Shown here: one piece after another, positions 1-6,899 of the stretch
Layout of the letters: each line of letters opens with the position of its first letter
Position numbering within the stretch: the first letter of the stretch is position 1
Assembly: GCF_003610495.1 (NCBI RefSeq)
Contig: NZ_RAPK01000008.1
Location: 147,296-171,295 of the forward strand
DNA from: Sinobaca qinghaiensis
Lineage (GTDB): Bacteria; Bacillota; Bacilli; Bacillales; Marinococcaceae
DNA length: 24,000 nt
Reading direction: 5' to 3'
Position numbers and translations under genes: made by a program
The notes under the pieces: generated by a model
Database searches by the model: none
What the model was told of the DNA's origin: nothing
Seen by the model: the letters and a program-made list of their open reading frames with translations, nothing else

Positions 1-564
1 GCCCCAATATTTGTTCTTCTTATTTCTTTTATACTCGGAATGGAACGTTCCACCTGGCTGAAATGGGGAAGCATTGCCGGGGTTCTTATAGGGATTATAC
101 TTCTTACAGGGGCTTATAATATGGGGTCACTTACCGTCAATGCTTTAGGGGTGGCTGCCGGCCTGGCTGCCGGGCTGTCCTACGCGCTTTTTATATTTGG
201 ATTTAAAAATGCTTCGTCTCTTGGGAAACCCCAGGCTACGTTAACCATTGCGTTTCTTGCTTTTTGCATTATTCTTTTTATATTTGCTGATATGGACGAA
301 GCCGCCGCTGTTCTGACATCAAACGATACAGGCTGGTTTCTTCTTTTAGGTATTGTCGGCGCCGGGATTTCCTTTATCTTATATGTAATCGGAATTCGCT
401 TGACGACTCCTGCAAAAGCCTCAATGGTGGCGATGGTTGAGCCGGTAACCGCCTCTTTATTCGGTGTGCTGCTGCTTGGCGATCATTTAACTTTCGTTCA
501 GCTTCTCGGAATGGCCCTCATTCTGGTTACTGTTACCGTAGTGAGTGTAAAAACATCAAACTAA
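1..564 (+). CDS. EamA/DMT-family permease, C-terminal part (5' end lies outside the window)
   Basis: Frame 1 is open from base 1: APIFVLLISFILG precedes the listed Met at 40. The protein is very hydrophobic with several TM-length segments rich in Gly/Ala/Leu, as in the second EamA repeat. The stop TAA at 562-564 is followed directly by a strong terminator. Confidence 0.75.
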   Translation, partial: APIFVLLISFILGMERSTWLKWGSIAGVLIGIILLTGAYNMGSLTVNALGVAAGLAAGLSYALFIFGFKNASSLGKPQATLTIAFLAFCIILFIFADMDEAAAVLTSNDTGWFLLLGIVGAGISFILYVIGIRLTTPAKASMVAMVEPVTASLFGVLLLGDHLTFVQLLGMALILVTVTVVSVKTSN

Positions 565-606
565 AAAAGCCGGGTCCGGAGAAACTCTCCGGACCCGGCT
601 TTTGTG
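562..606. terminator. Rho-independent terminator, probably bidirectional, between the convergent EamA and flavin reductase genes
   Basis: A perfect 15-bp stem pairs AGCCGGGTCCGGAGA (568-582) with TCTCCGGACCCGGCT (586-600). It is preceded by an A-run and followed by TTTGTGT. Confidence 0.85.
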
Positions 607-637
607 TCAGCAGTATTTTTGACAAAGCTGCTTTTAT

Positions 638-1096
638 TTATTCAGCAAATTTATTGTATTTTCCTTCAAAGTACAGCAGCGGATCCCCGTCCTGTACCTG
701 AAGGTTAATCACTTCTCCAACAAACAATGTGTGATCCCCTGTTTCGTGGGTCGAATGTACTCTGCAGACCAGACTAGCCAACGAGTCCTCAATAATAGGC
801 TGACCTTCAAACCGTTCGAAGGATACTTCGATATCTTCCTTGAGCTGTCTGGCAAAGTACATGGAATATTTCTCCTGCTCCTGCGAAAGAATACTAACCG
901 AAAAGGTTCCGGCTTCTTTAATCTTTTCGTGACAGGTAGCATTTTTAGACACCGAAACAACTACTAGTTTTGGATCAAGGGATACCGACATAAATGCGTT
1001 GGCTGTCATCCCATATATTTCGTCTGTTTCTGTTGTAATTACGGTTACGCCGGAGGCAAATTTGCCCATAGCGGATTTAAATAAACGATCGTCCAT
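638..1096 (-). CDS. Flavin reductase family protein (FMN-binding split-barrel, NAD(P)H:flavin oxidoreductase-like)
   Basis: The 152-aa product starts with the FKSAMGKFASGVTVITT...GMTANAFMSVSLDPKLVVVSV pattern typical of the flavin reductase-like domain. An AAGGAG RBS sits upstream of the ATG. A 13-nt gap to the upstream esterase gene suggests an operon. Confidence 0.8.
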   Translation of the reverse strand: MDDRLFKSAMGKFASGVTVITTETDEIYGMTANAFMSVSLDPKLVVVSVSKNATCHEKIKEAGTFSVSILSQEQEKYSMYFARQLKEDIEVSFERFEGQPIIEDSLASLVCRVHSTHETGDHTLFVGEVINLQVQDGDPLLYFEGKYNKFAE

Positions 1097-1109
1097 TTTT
1101 CTTCACTCC

Positions 1110-2018
1110 TTATTTAGTAGTAGATGATGAAGCGGGTTCATTGGTATGCAGGGATGTTTTTAGTGAACCGGCAATAAGTTCCCAGGCTTCTTCTGCCTGC
1201 CTGTTCGGGCCGTCATGGGTAAATGCATGCTCACACCCGTCAAAACGCCTGTGCTCAGCCTCGATTCCATGTTTGATAAGCTTAGCAGCATACAGCTCTG
1301 CTTCTTCTGCCAGGGAATCATATTCTGCGGTAATAACCAGTGCCGGCGGAACACCATTCATATTTTCCGCCATGATAGGAGAGGCAAGTGGATTTTTAGC
1401 ACTTTCCTTATCCAGCACGTAGCAGTTATTATAAAAAGTCATCTGTTTAGCCGGGATGACCCGGTTTTCATCAAGTACCGGCTTCTCTTCAGATGGCGTT
1501 ACCAAATCCAGCACTGGGTAATTAAGAATCTGTTTGGAAAAGGAAAATTCTTTCCTGATGGCTGCCAGCAGAGTAAGCGCTGCAGCCAGGTTACCCCCTG
1601 CGCTCTGACCTCCGACAGCCAGCCGGTCTTTATTAGCACCGAGGCTTTCGGCGTGGTCAACCACCCATTTTATTACTTCATAACTTTCTTCCAGCGCTGC
1701 CGGGAATGGAGATTCCGGCGCTTTCGCATAATTGATATTCACTACCAGACAAGAAGCTTCATTTGCTATATATCTGCAGTAAGGATCGTCCTGAGAAGCA
1801 TCTCCATGTACAAACCCGCCTCCATGCAGGTTTATGTAAATAGGAAGTTTTGCTGTTCCCGATCTTACCGGATAATAAAAAGTTACAGGAGTGAGCCGCC
1901 CTGTTGTAGAAATCAATCGTTTTTCAGCGGAGGCGACCGCCTGAATATTTATTGTAGAAGGGCGCTTTTTAAAAGAAGCTTTTTTTCTAATTGCTTTAGC
2001 CTGCCAGGTATTTATCAT
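1110..2018 (-). CDS. Alpha/beta hydrolase, hormone-sensitive-lipase-type esterase/lipase
   Basis: The protein has the HGGGF oxyanion-hole motif and the GQSAGG nucleophile elbow (GxSxG). The ORF is open up to a GTG at 2174. I prefer the ATG at 2016-2018, preceded by GGAG at 7 nt, which gives about 302 aa, a typical family size. The longer form lacks an RBS and would run into the egtB 5' region. Confidence 0.75.
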   Translation of the reverse strand: MINTWQAKAIRKKASFKKRPSTINIQAVASAEKRLISTTGRLTPVTFYYPVRSGTAKLPIYINLHGGGFVHGDASQDDPYCRYIANEASCLVVNINYAKAPESPFPAALEESYEVIKWVVDHAESLGANKDRLAVGGQSAGGNLAAALTLLAAIRKEFSFSKQILNYPVLDLVTPSEEKPVLDENRVIPAKQMTFYNNCYVLDKESAKNPLASPIMAENMNGVPPALVITAEYDSLAEEAELYAAKLIKHGIEAEHRRFDGCEHAFTHDGPNRQAEEAWELIAGSLKTSLHTNEPASSSTTK

Positions 2019-2270
2019 TTTACCGCTCCATGTTATTTGACGTATATCATTATGTACCCTCTCTATAATGAATTCTAACATTCTATTATTCTGACGGGTC
2101 TGCAGGTTTCGTTCCATCAAAAAGAAGGTATGAGATAAGTAAAATTTTTTTAGGAGGTTTTCCCCATCGAACACACCGCTTCAGCTGCTGTTGAAAAGCT
2201 TCTGGAAGATTTTCGGACAATCCGCAGACAAACGCTTCACATTACCGCCCCTCTGGAAACGGAGGATTAT

Positions 2271-3413
2271 ATGATGCAGGCATCTCCCGACGTGAGTCCG
2301 GCAAAATGGCACTTAGCCCATACAACCTGGTTTTTTGAACAATTTATATTAAAAAATCATGCTGAAAACTATGAAGAGTTTTCCAAGGACTCCAACGCTC
2401 TTTATAACTCCTATTATGAAACACAGGGAAAGATTTTCCCCAAGTCACAGCGCGGGCTGATTTCGCGGCCCACTGTAGCGGAAACCTTTGCCTATCGTGA
2501 CTACGTAGAGCAGCAGGTGGAGGCTTTTTTACAGACTACGCCTTTAACAGAGGAAATTGCTGATCTGATGGAAGTAGGTCTGCAGCACGAACAGCAGCAC
2601 CAGGAGCTGCTTATTACAGACACTAAGTACAACTTCTCGATCAATCCGACAAATCCTGCTATTATACCGGATCATCTGTCAGAAACGACCGCTGCGCCGA
2701 GGGAATGGCTGACGTTTGAGGAGGGACTTACAGAAATAGGCACGAATAATATTCATTTTTCTTTTGATAATGAACGTCCCGTTCATAAATACTGGATCCA
2801 TCCATTTTCGATCGCGACCGTTCCCGTAACAAACAGGGAATACATGAATTTCATTGAAGACGGCGGCTACAAAGAGGCCGGATACTGGCTGTCCGAAGGC
2901 TGGTCTATCGTCAAACAGGAGCAGTGGGAAGCCCCCTTATACTGGGAAAAGCATGAGGGCGAATGGTACGCCTACTCTCTGCAGGGGCTCAAGAAGGTGA
3001 ATCCGGAAGAACCCGTCACCCACATCAGCTATTATGAAGCAGACGCCTTTTCCCGATGGGCCGGCTTCCGCCTCCCTACAGAACAGGAATGGGAGCACGC
3101 GTTCAGCGGATATTCTACAGAGGGACATTTTGTAGAAGCCGAAACGTACCACCCTGCCCCGGTCGATAAGCCGGAGCATGTTTATGGAAACGTATGGGAA
3201 TGGACAAGAAGTCCTTACGCTCCTTATCCCAATAATCGGCCGCTTGAAGGGGCGCTTGGAGAATACAACGCCAAATTTATGAGTAACCAGATGGTACTGC
3301 GTGGAGGATCCTGTGCAACACCGCAGTCTCATATCCGCTCGACGTACCGGAATTTTTTCCCTCCTGAAAAACGCTGGCAGTTCAGCGGCATCCGCCTTGC
3401 AAAGGATGAATAA
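2271..3413 (+). CDS. egtB: Ergothioneine biosynthesis sulfoxide synthase EgtB (DinB-like N-domain plus FGE-sulfatase-like C-domain); the true 5' end is probably upstream, near 2166
   Basis: SPAKWHLAHTTWFFEQF is the DinB-type metal-binding helix. HEQQHQELL follows, and the C-terminal part (GNVWEWT, RGGSCATP) matches the FGE-sulfatase fold. The gene abuts egtD. GGAGG lies 5-8 nt before the ATGATG at 2271. However, the frame stays open and EgtB-like back to the TAG at 2151-2153 (see findings). Confidence 0.85.
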   Translation: MMQASPDVSPAKWHLAHTTWFFEQFILKNHAENYEEFSKDSNALYNSYYETQGKIFPKSQRGLISRPTVAETFAYRDYVEQQVEAFLQTTPLTEEIADLMEVGLQHEQQHQELLITDTKYNFSINPTNPAIIPDHLSETTAAPREWLTFEEGLTEIGTNNIHFSFDNERPVHKYWIHPFSIATVPVTNREYMNFIEDGGYKEAGYWLSEGWSIVKQEQWEAPLYWEKHEGEWYAYSLQGLKKVNPEEPVTHISYYEADAFSRWAGFRLPTEQEWEHAFSGYSTEGHFVEAETYHPAPVDKPEHVYGNVWEWTRSPYAPYPNNRPLEGALGEYNAKFMSNQMVLRGGSCATPQSHIRSTYRNFFPPEKRWQFSGIRLAKDE

Positions 3414-4382
3414 ATGAAAAAAACAAATCTTCCTTATACGCTGGTTGACCTGCAGCCTGATGTGTCATCTTTTAAAGAAGATGTGATTGCCGGTTTCGAA
3501 AAAACCCATAAGGCTCTGCCGGCCAAGCATTTTTACGACAAAACGGGAAGTTCATTATTCAACGCCATTACGAAGCTGCCGGAATATTACGTAAGCCGGA
3601 CAGAGATGGAGATTCTGCACGATTTTGGTCCTGATATTGCTGAAGCAATAGGCGTCCGTGCGCATATTATTGAACTTGGAAGCGGAAGCTTCGACAAAAT
3701 CAATCAGGTGCTCCCTTTTCTGGAGAGCCCTGCTTCTTATAGACCGGTGGATATATCGATCAGTGCGCTTCAGGATACCGCAGAACAAGTGCTGGAACGA
3801 TATCCGGATTTAGAGGTTACCGGCATATGTGCAGATTATACGAGCACCCTGGACTTTCTGCAGCAGGACAAGGGAAATAATAAAACCATCTGCTTTCTCG
3901 GTTCAACGATCGGCAACTTTCAGAAAAAAGAGGCCGCCGCTTTTCTTCAATCATTGGCCGGCGAATTGGATGACGACGGGCAGATTTTGATTGGCGTAGA
4001 TTTAAAGAAAGATACTGCTGTTCTTCATCACGCTTATAATGATGCCAAAGGCATTACAGCCGCCTTCAATTTAAATATTCTGGAACGTATGAACAAAGAA
4101 ATGAAAGCTGATATTGATTCAGCTGAGTTTACGCACCATGCTTTTTATTCTGAGGAAAACGGACGAATTGAAATGCACCTTCAGAGCAGTAAAGAACAGC
4201 TGGTATCGCTGGAAGAACACACCTTTCACTTTTCCAAGGGAGAAACCATTCATACCGAAAACTCCCATAAATTTTCTATTTCCGAGTTTATTGCACTGGC
4301 TAAGCAATCTCATTTAAACGTAGATGCTTTTTGGACAGATGAAAAGGAATGGTTTGGAGTATTTTTATTAAAACGACCTTAA
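3414..4382 (+). CDS. egtD: L-histidine N-alpha-methyltransferase EgtD (SAM-dependent, hercynine-forming)
   Basis: The 322-aa product carries FYDKTGSSLFNAITKLPEYYVSRTEMEIL, the ELGSGS SAM-binding loop and FLGSTIGNF, all hallmarks of the EgtD/Methyltransf_33 family. Its ATG directly follows the egtB TAA, which suggests translational coupling. Confidence 0.85.
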   Translation: MKKTNLPYTLVDLQPDVSSFKEDVIAGFEKTHKALPAKHFYDKTGSSLFNAITKLPEYYVSRTEMEILHDFGPDIAEAIGVRAHIIELGSGSFDKINQVLPFLESPASYRPVDISISALQDTAEQVLERYPDLEVTGICADYTSTLDFLQQDKGNNKTICFLGSTIGNFQKKEAAAFLQSLAGELDDDGQILIGVDLKKDTAVLHHAYNDAKGITAAFNLNILERMNKEMKADIDSAEFTHHAFYSEENGRIEMHLQSSKEQLVSLEEHTFHFSKGETIHTENSHKFSISEFIALAKQSHLNVDAFWTDEKEWFGVFLLKRP

Positions 4383-4389
4383 ACAGCAA

Positions 4390-4420
4390 AGAGAAAGCAC
4401 CCACCGTGCTTTCTCTTTTC
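4390..4420 (+). terminator. Rho-independent terminator of egtBD
   Basis: An 11-bp stem pairs AGAGAAAGCAC (4390-4400) with GTGCTTTCTCT (4406-4416). The loop is CCACC and the stem is followed by TTTC. Confidence 0.8.
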
Positions 4421-4463
4421 AGGCTGTTGAAAAAAACAAAATACGTATTTTTATAAAAAATCT

Positions 4464-4563
4464 CGCACAGGGGTGCTTTCCGCAGGCCATGCCTCAGCTA
4501 AAGAAGAAAAATCGTCTTCTTTATCTTCATCTATGGCTGTTCTGCAGGAGTCACCCCTGTGTG
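4464..4563. other. Roughly 100-nt extended imperfect hairpin with T-runs on both strands; probably the terminator of the ylmB-tenA operon, or a small structured RNA
   Basis: The outer stem is a perfect 10 bp: CACAGGGGTG (4466-4475) with CACCCCTGTG (4552-4561). The apical stem is 9 bp: TAAAGAAGA (4499-4507) with TCTTCTTTA (4515-4523). Partially paired segments lie in between (TCCGCAG/CTGCAGGA, GGCCAT/ATGGCT). The + strand follows with GTTTTTCTTCTTTTTTT and the - strand with TTTTTTATAAAAA. Confidence 0.45.
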
Positions 4564-4646
4564 TTTTTCTTCTTTTTTTATAAAATCTTTGAAAGTATTC
4601 GAGGTGATGTATAGACATACAATACGAATTAGGTTCTCTTTTTCTA

Positions 4647-5315
4647 TTATACCGGCCAGTTTTTGTGATGGTACGCCATGTCCCAAAATAGGTATTCGAA
4701 CTTGGTCGTCGTTAAGAAAATCTCTTCCAGCTTATCGAGTTCATGCTGTGGCTTTCCTTCTGACAGCTCGTCCAGCAGATCAATGCACCAGTCTGCGAGT
4801 TTCAGGAAATCCGGGTCACTGTACGTGCGTATCCACTCTCCGTAGAGCTCATGCTCAACTGCTCCTGGAATGCGGCTTAGATCCCGGCCGATTTCTGCGT
4901 AACTCCACATACATGGAAGCAGTGCCGCCGTCAGTTCAGCCAGCCCTCCGTTCTGTCCTTCATGAAGCATATACCTCGTATAGGCCAAGGTCACTGGCGC
5001 TGCCTCGGCCTGTTCCAGCTCTTCTTCTGTAATGTCAAGCCTGGCACTGTAGTCCCTATGCAGCTGCATCTCTTCGTTGAGCGTAGACTGAAGCAGATCC
5101 ACAAACTCTCCCATTGTTTTTAATGTCCGGGCCTTCATCGTCCCCATCGCAAACAGACGGGCATATTCTTTTAAATACAAATAATCCTGTATCATAAAAT
5201 AACGAAAGGCTTCTTTTTCCAGCGTTCCGTCCCCCATTCCAGTAACAAACGGATGACTGTGGTTTTTCCTCCAGATCGGCTGAAGTTTTTGCTGAAGCGT
5301 ACGGCTGAATGACAT
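4647..5315 (-). CDS. tenA: Aminopyrimidine aminohydrolase / thiaminase II TenA
   Basis: The HPFVTGMGDGTL, FRYFMIQDYLYL and ALLPCMWSY (active-site Cys) motifs define the TenA/PqqC-like fold. The ORF is open to 5351. I prefer the ATG at 5313-5315 (MSFSRTLQQ), which is preceded by AAGGAGGA and starts 2 nt after the ylmB stop. Confidence 0.85.
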   Translation of the reverse strand: MSFSRTLQQKLQPIWRKNHSHPFVTGMGDGTLEKEAFRYFMIQDYLYLKEYARLFAMGTMKARTLKTMGEFVDLLQSTLNEEMQLHRDYSARLDITEEELEQAEAAPVTLAYTRYMLHEGQNGGLAELTAALLPCMWSYAEIGRDLSRIPGAVEHELYGEWIRTYSDPDFLKLADWCIDLLDELSEGKPQHELDKLEEIFLTTTKFEYLFWDMAYHHKNWPV

Positions 5316-5317
5316 TT

Positions 5318-6598
5318 CTATTCCTCCTTCTTTTTTTCTGAATGCAGCCATTCATATACATAAACGGCAAGCGTGTTTGTATATGTTACTAATTGTTCGA
5401 TAGATAGCCTTTCGTTCACAGCGTGGGCGTTGGCAAGCGTTCCGGGGCCGAAAATGGCAGTTGGTATTCCGGCTTCACCAAGCCATCCTCCATCCGTTAC
5501 GGTAGGAGAAACATCGAGAACGGCTTTTTCGCCGGCCGTTTTTTCAAAAGCCTGTGCCAGCAGTTTTGTTCCAGGGTGTTCCCTATCAACCGAAAGAGAA
5601 GGGAAAATTTCTCCTCTTTCTTCAATCATGGAGGTGCCGCCCCATATAAATTCAGGAGGATGATGTCGCAGCCAGGGGTCTCCCAAAGCAACATTACGTA
5701 TATGCTCCTCTACTTCTGCTGCGGCGGATTCATGTGTTTCATCCGGATAAAAATGAACGGTCACCCAGAGCCGGCATTCATCTGCTATAAAAGCTGCATG
5801 CCTTCCTCCTTCAATAACAGCAGGGTTAATCGTGTTCGCTCCTGCCGGCAGGCCCGGATAACTTTTTTCCACAGCCCACTGCCTTTCCAAAGTCTGCAGC
5901 CCTTGAATAATGACCATCATTTTCTCAATCGCACTGGCTCCCTTCACTGCACCGCCGGCATGAATCATATTCCGTCTCATCGCATCGTGAAATGTATCCG
6001 GGCTTTTAATGGTAATCCATCCAGTAATCACTCCGCCCTGCCCCTGTATATGCAGATCGCTGGTATCAACAACGAGTGCATAATCCGCTGTATAACCACG
6101 CCTGCAGCACGCAAGCGTTCCCGCTTCACCTACTTCCTCTCCGATCACTGACTGCAGCATAAGGTCACCCGGCAGCTCTATTTCCAGCTCGTGAAACATA
6201 CGGATAACAAATAAGGCTCCTGCCAGACCGCCTTTCATATCAGCCGTACCCCGCCCTTGAATCCAGCCGTTTTCGATTTCGGCCCGATAAGGATTCGTTT
6301 TCCATTCTGATCCTTCTACTTCAGCTGTATCCACATGTCCGTTTAGAATAAGACTGTGGTATCCGGCTGAATCGGTTCCTTTTTTCGTCGCTACTACGTT
6401 GGGATCTCCCGGGTAAACGTCCCAGCTGTCTATCTCATATCCGGCTTTCTCCAAATAAGATGCAATGAATGCCTGAATTTCCGCTGTGTTTCTTGCCGGA
6501 GGCGCCGGTGTTTCGTAAGATACCAGCGTCTTTACCAGGTCGAGAAGATCTTCCTGTCTTTCCTCCATATGTGTTAATAATCTGGATATATCCGTCAC
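5318..6598 (-). CDS. ylmB: M20-family amidohydrolase, YlmB-like formylaminopyrimidine deformylase (ArgE/DapE fold)
   Basis: The 426-aa product has M20 metal-binding and catalytic segments (LILNGHVDTAEV, GRGTADMKGG, IGEEVGEAG). It sits immediately upstream of tenA and behind a TPP riboswitch. It uses a GTG start with GAGGAGG 8 nt upstream. The functional assignment rests on context and on the known YlmB/TenA salvage pair of Bacillus. Confidence 0.7.
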   Translation of the reverse strand: MTDISRLLTHMEERQEDLLDLVKTLVSYETPAPPARNTAEIQAFIASYLEKAGYEIDSWDVYPGDPNVVATKKGTDSAGYHSLILNGHVDTAEVEGSEWKTNPYRAEIENGWIQGRGTADMKGGLAGALFVIRMFHELEIELPGDLMLQSVIGEEVGEAGTLACCRRGYTADYALVVDTSDLHIQGQGGVITGWITIKSPDTFHDAMRRNMIHAGGAVKGASAIEKMMVIIQGLQTLERQWAVEKSYPGLPAGANTINPAVIEGGRHAAFIADECRLWVTVHFYPDETHESAAAEVEEHIRNVALGDPWLRHHPPEFIWGGTSMIEERGEIFPSLSVDREHPGTKLLAQAFEKTAGEKAVLDVSPTVTDGGWLGEAGIPTAIFGPGTLANAHAVNERLSIEQLVTYTNTLAVYVYEWLHSEKKKEE

Positions 6599-6630
6599 TC
6601 TCTCTGCCTCCTCATTAAGTGATTACTCAA

Positions 6631-6775
6631 ATAAAAAAAAGCTTCTTCCGGGAAGAAGAAGCAGAGACGTCAGGTTAGTCTTCGGCTTCTTCCCTCCGCT
6701 GGTATCAGCCAGATCAGGTAATAAGGGTCAAGGACATTTCCTTTTCTCAGCTTACAAAGCTCCCCTAGAAGTAAT
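6631..6775 (-). promoter_or_regulatory. TPP (THI-box) riboswitch with a terminator expression platform, controlling ylmB-tenA
   Basis: The minus strand reads CTTCTAGGGGAGC..GCTGAGAAAAGG..ACCCTTATTACCTGATCTGGCTGATACCAGCGGAGGGAAGAAG (aptamer about 6686-6771). This contains the conserved CUGAGA and ACCUGAUCUGG.UAAUACCAGCG cores. The terminator GCTTCTTCTTCCCGGAAGAAGC plus T8 follows (6631-6662). Confidence 0.9.
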
Positions 6776-6837
6776 GCAGTGCTATTCATTTATGTCTTTT
6801 AGTAAATCATAGATTGCGCTTTCATACAACCTCATGT

Positions 6838-6866
6838 TTGACCATACGGTAAATAGGCTATTAATA
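6838..6866 (+). promoter_or_regulatory. Possible sigma-A-type promoter for corA
   Basis: TTGACC (6838-6843) is followed after 15-18 nt by an A/T-rich TATTAATAA block (6859-6867). The -10 match is imperfect. Confidence 0.3.
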
Positions 6867-6899
6867 AACGTTGGGTAAGACTTTGAAAGGAGTACAAAA

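Noticed and set aside
1215-2078. Long antisense ORFs opposite recognisable genes. Examples: 1215-2078 (+), 5423-6151 (+), 8799-9581 (-), 11427-11972 (+), 12674-13207 (-), 6861-7217 (-), 19357-19743 (-), 22384-22692 (+), 23163-23594 (+), 4559-5032 (+).
   Set aside because: Each lies fully or mostly inside a gene on the other strand that has clear family motifs. Their products are Cys/Arg/Phe/Ser-rich and low-complexity, with no recognisable motifs and no convincing RBS. They are typical shadow ORFs.
2019-2174. N-terminal extension of the esterase ORF up to the GTG at 2174.
   Set aside because: The GTG has no RBS. The extra 52 residues are not part of the alpha/beta-hydrolase fold. The extension would overlap the region that reads as the EgtB N-terminus on the other strand. 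An internal ATG at 2018 with GGAG upstream gives a family-typical length.
4489-4614. 41-codon ORF (MPQLKKKNRLLYLHLWLFCRSHPCVFFFFFYKIF...) inside the long hairpin, considered as a type I toxin-like small peptide.
   Set aside because: It has no RBS before the ATG. The hydrophobic stretch is simply the translation of the terminator T-run. There is no evidence of a paired antisense RNA promoter.
6776-6899. Possible Mg2+-sensing M-box leader upstream of corA.
   Set aside because: The whole intergenic space is about 124 nt and is shared with the divergent riboswitch promoter. The distance from the candidate promoter to the ATG is only about 30-40 nt, far too short for an M-box. No conserved M-box helices were recognised.
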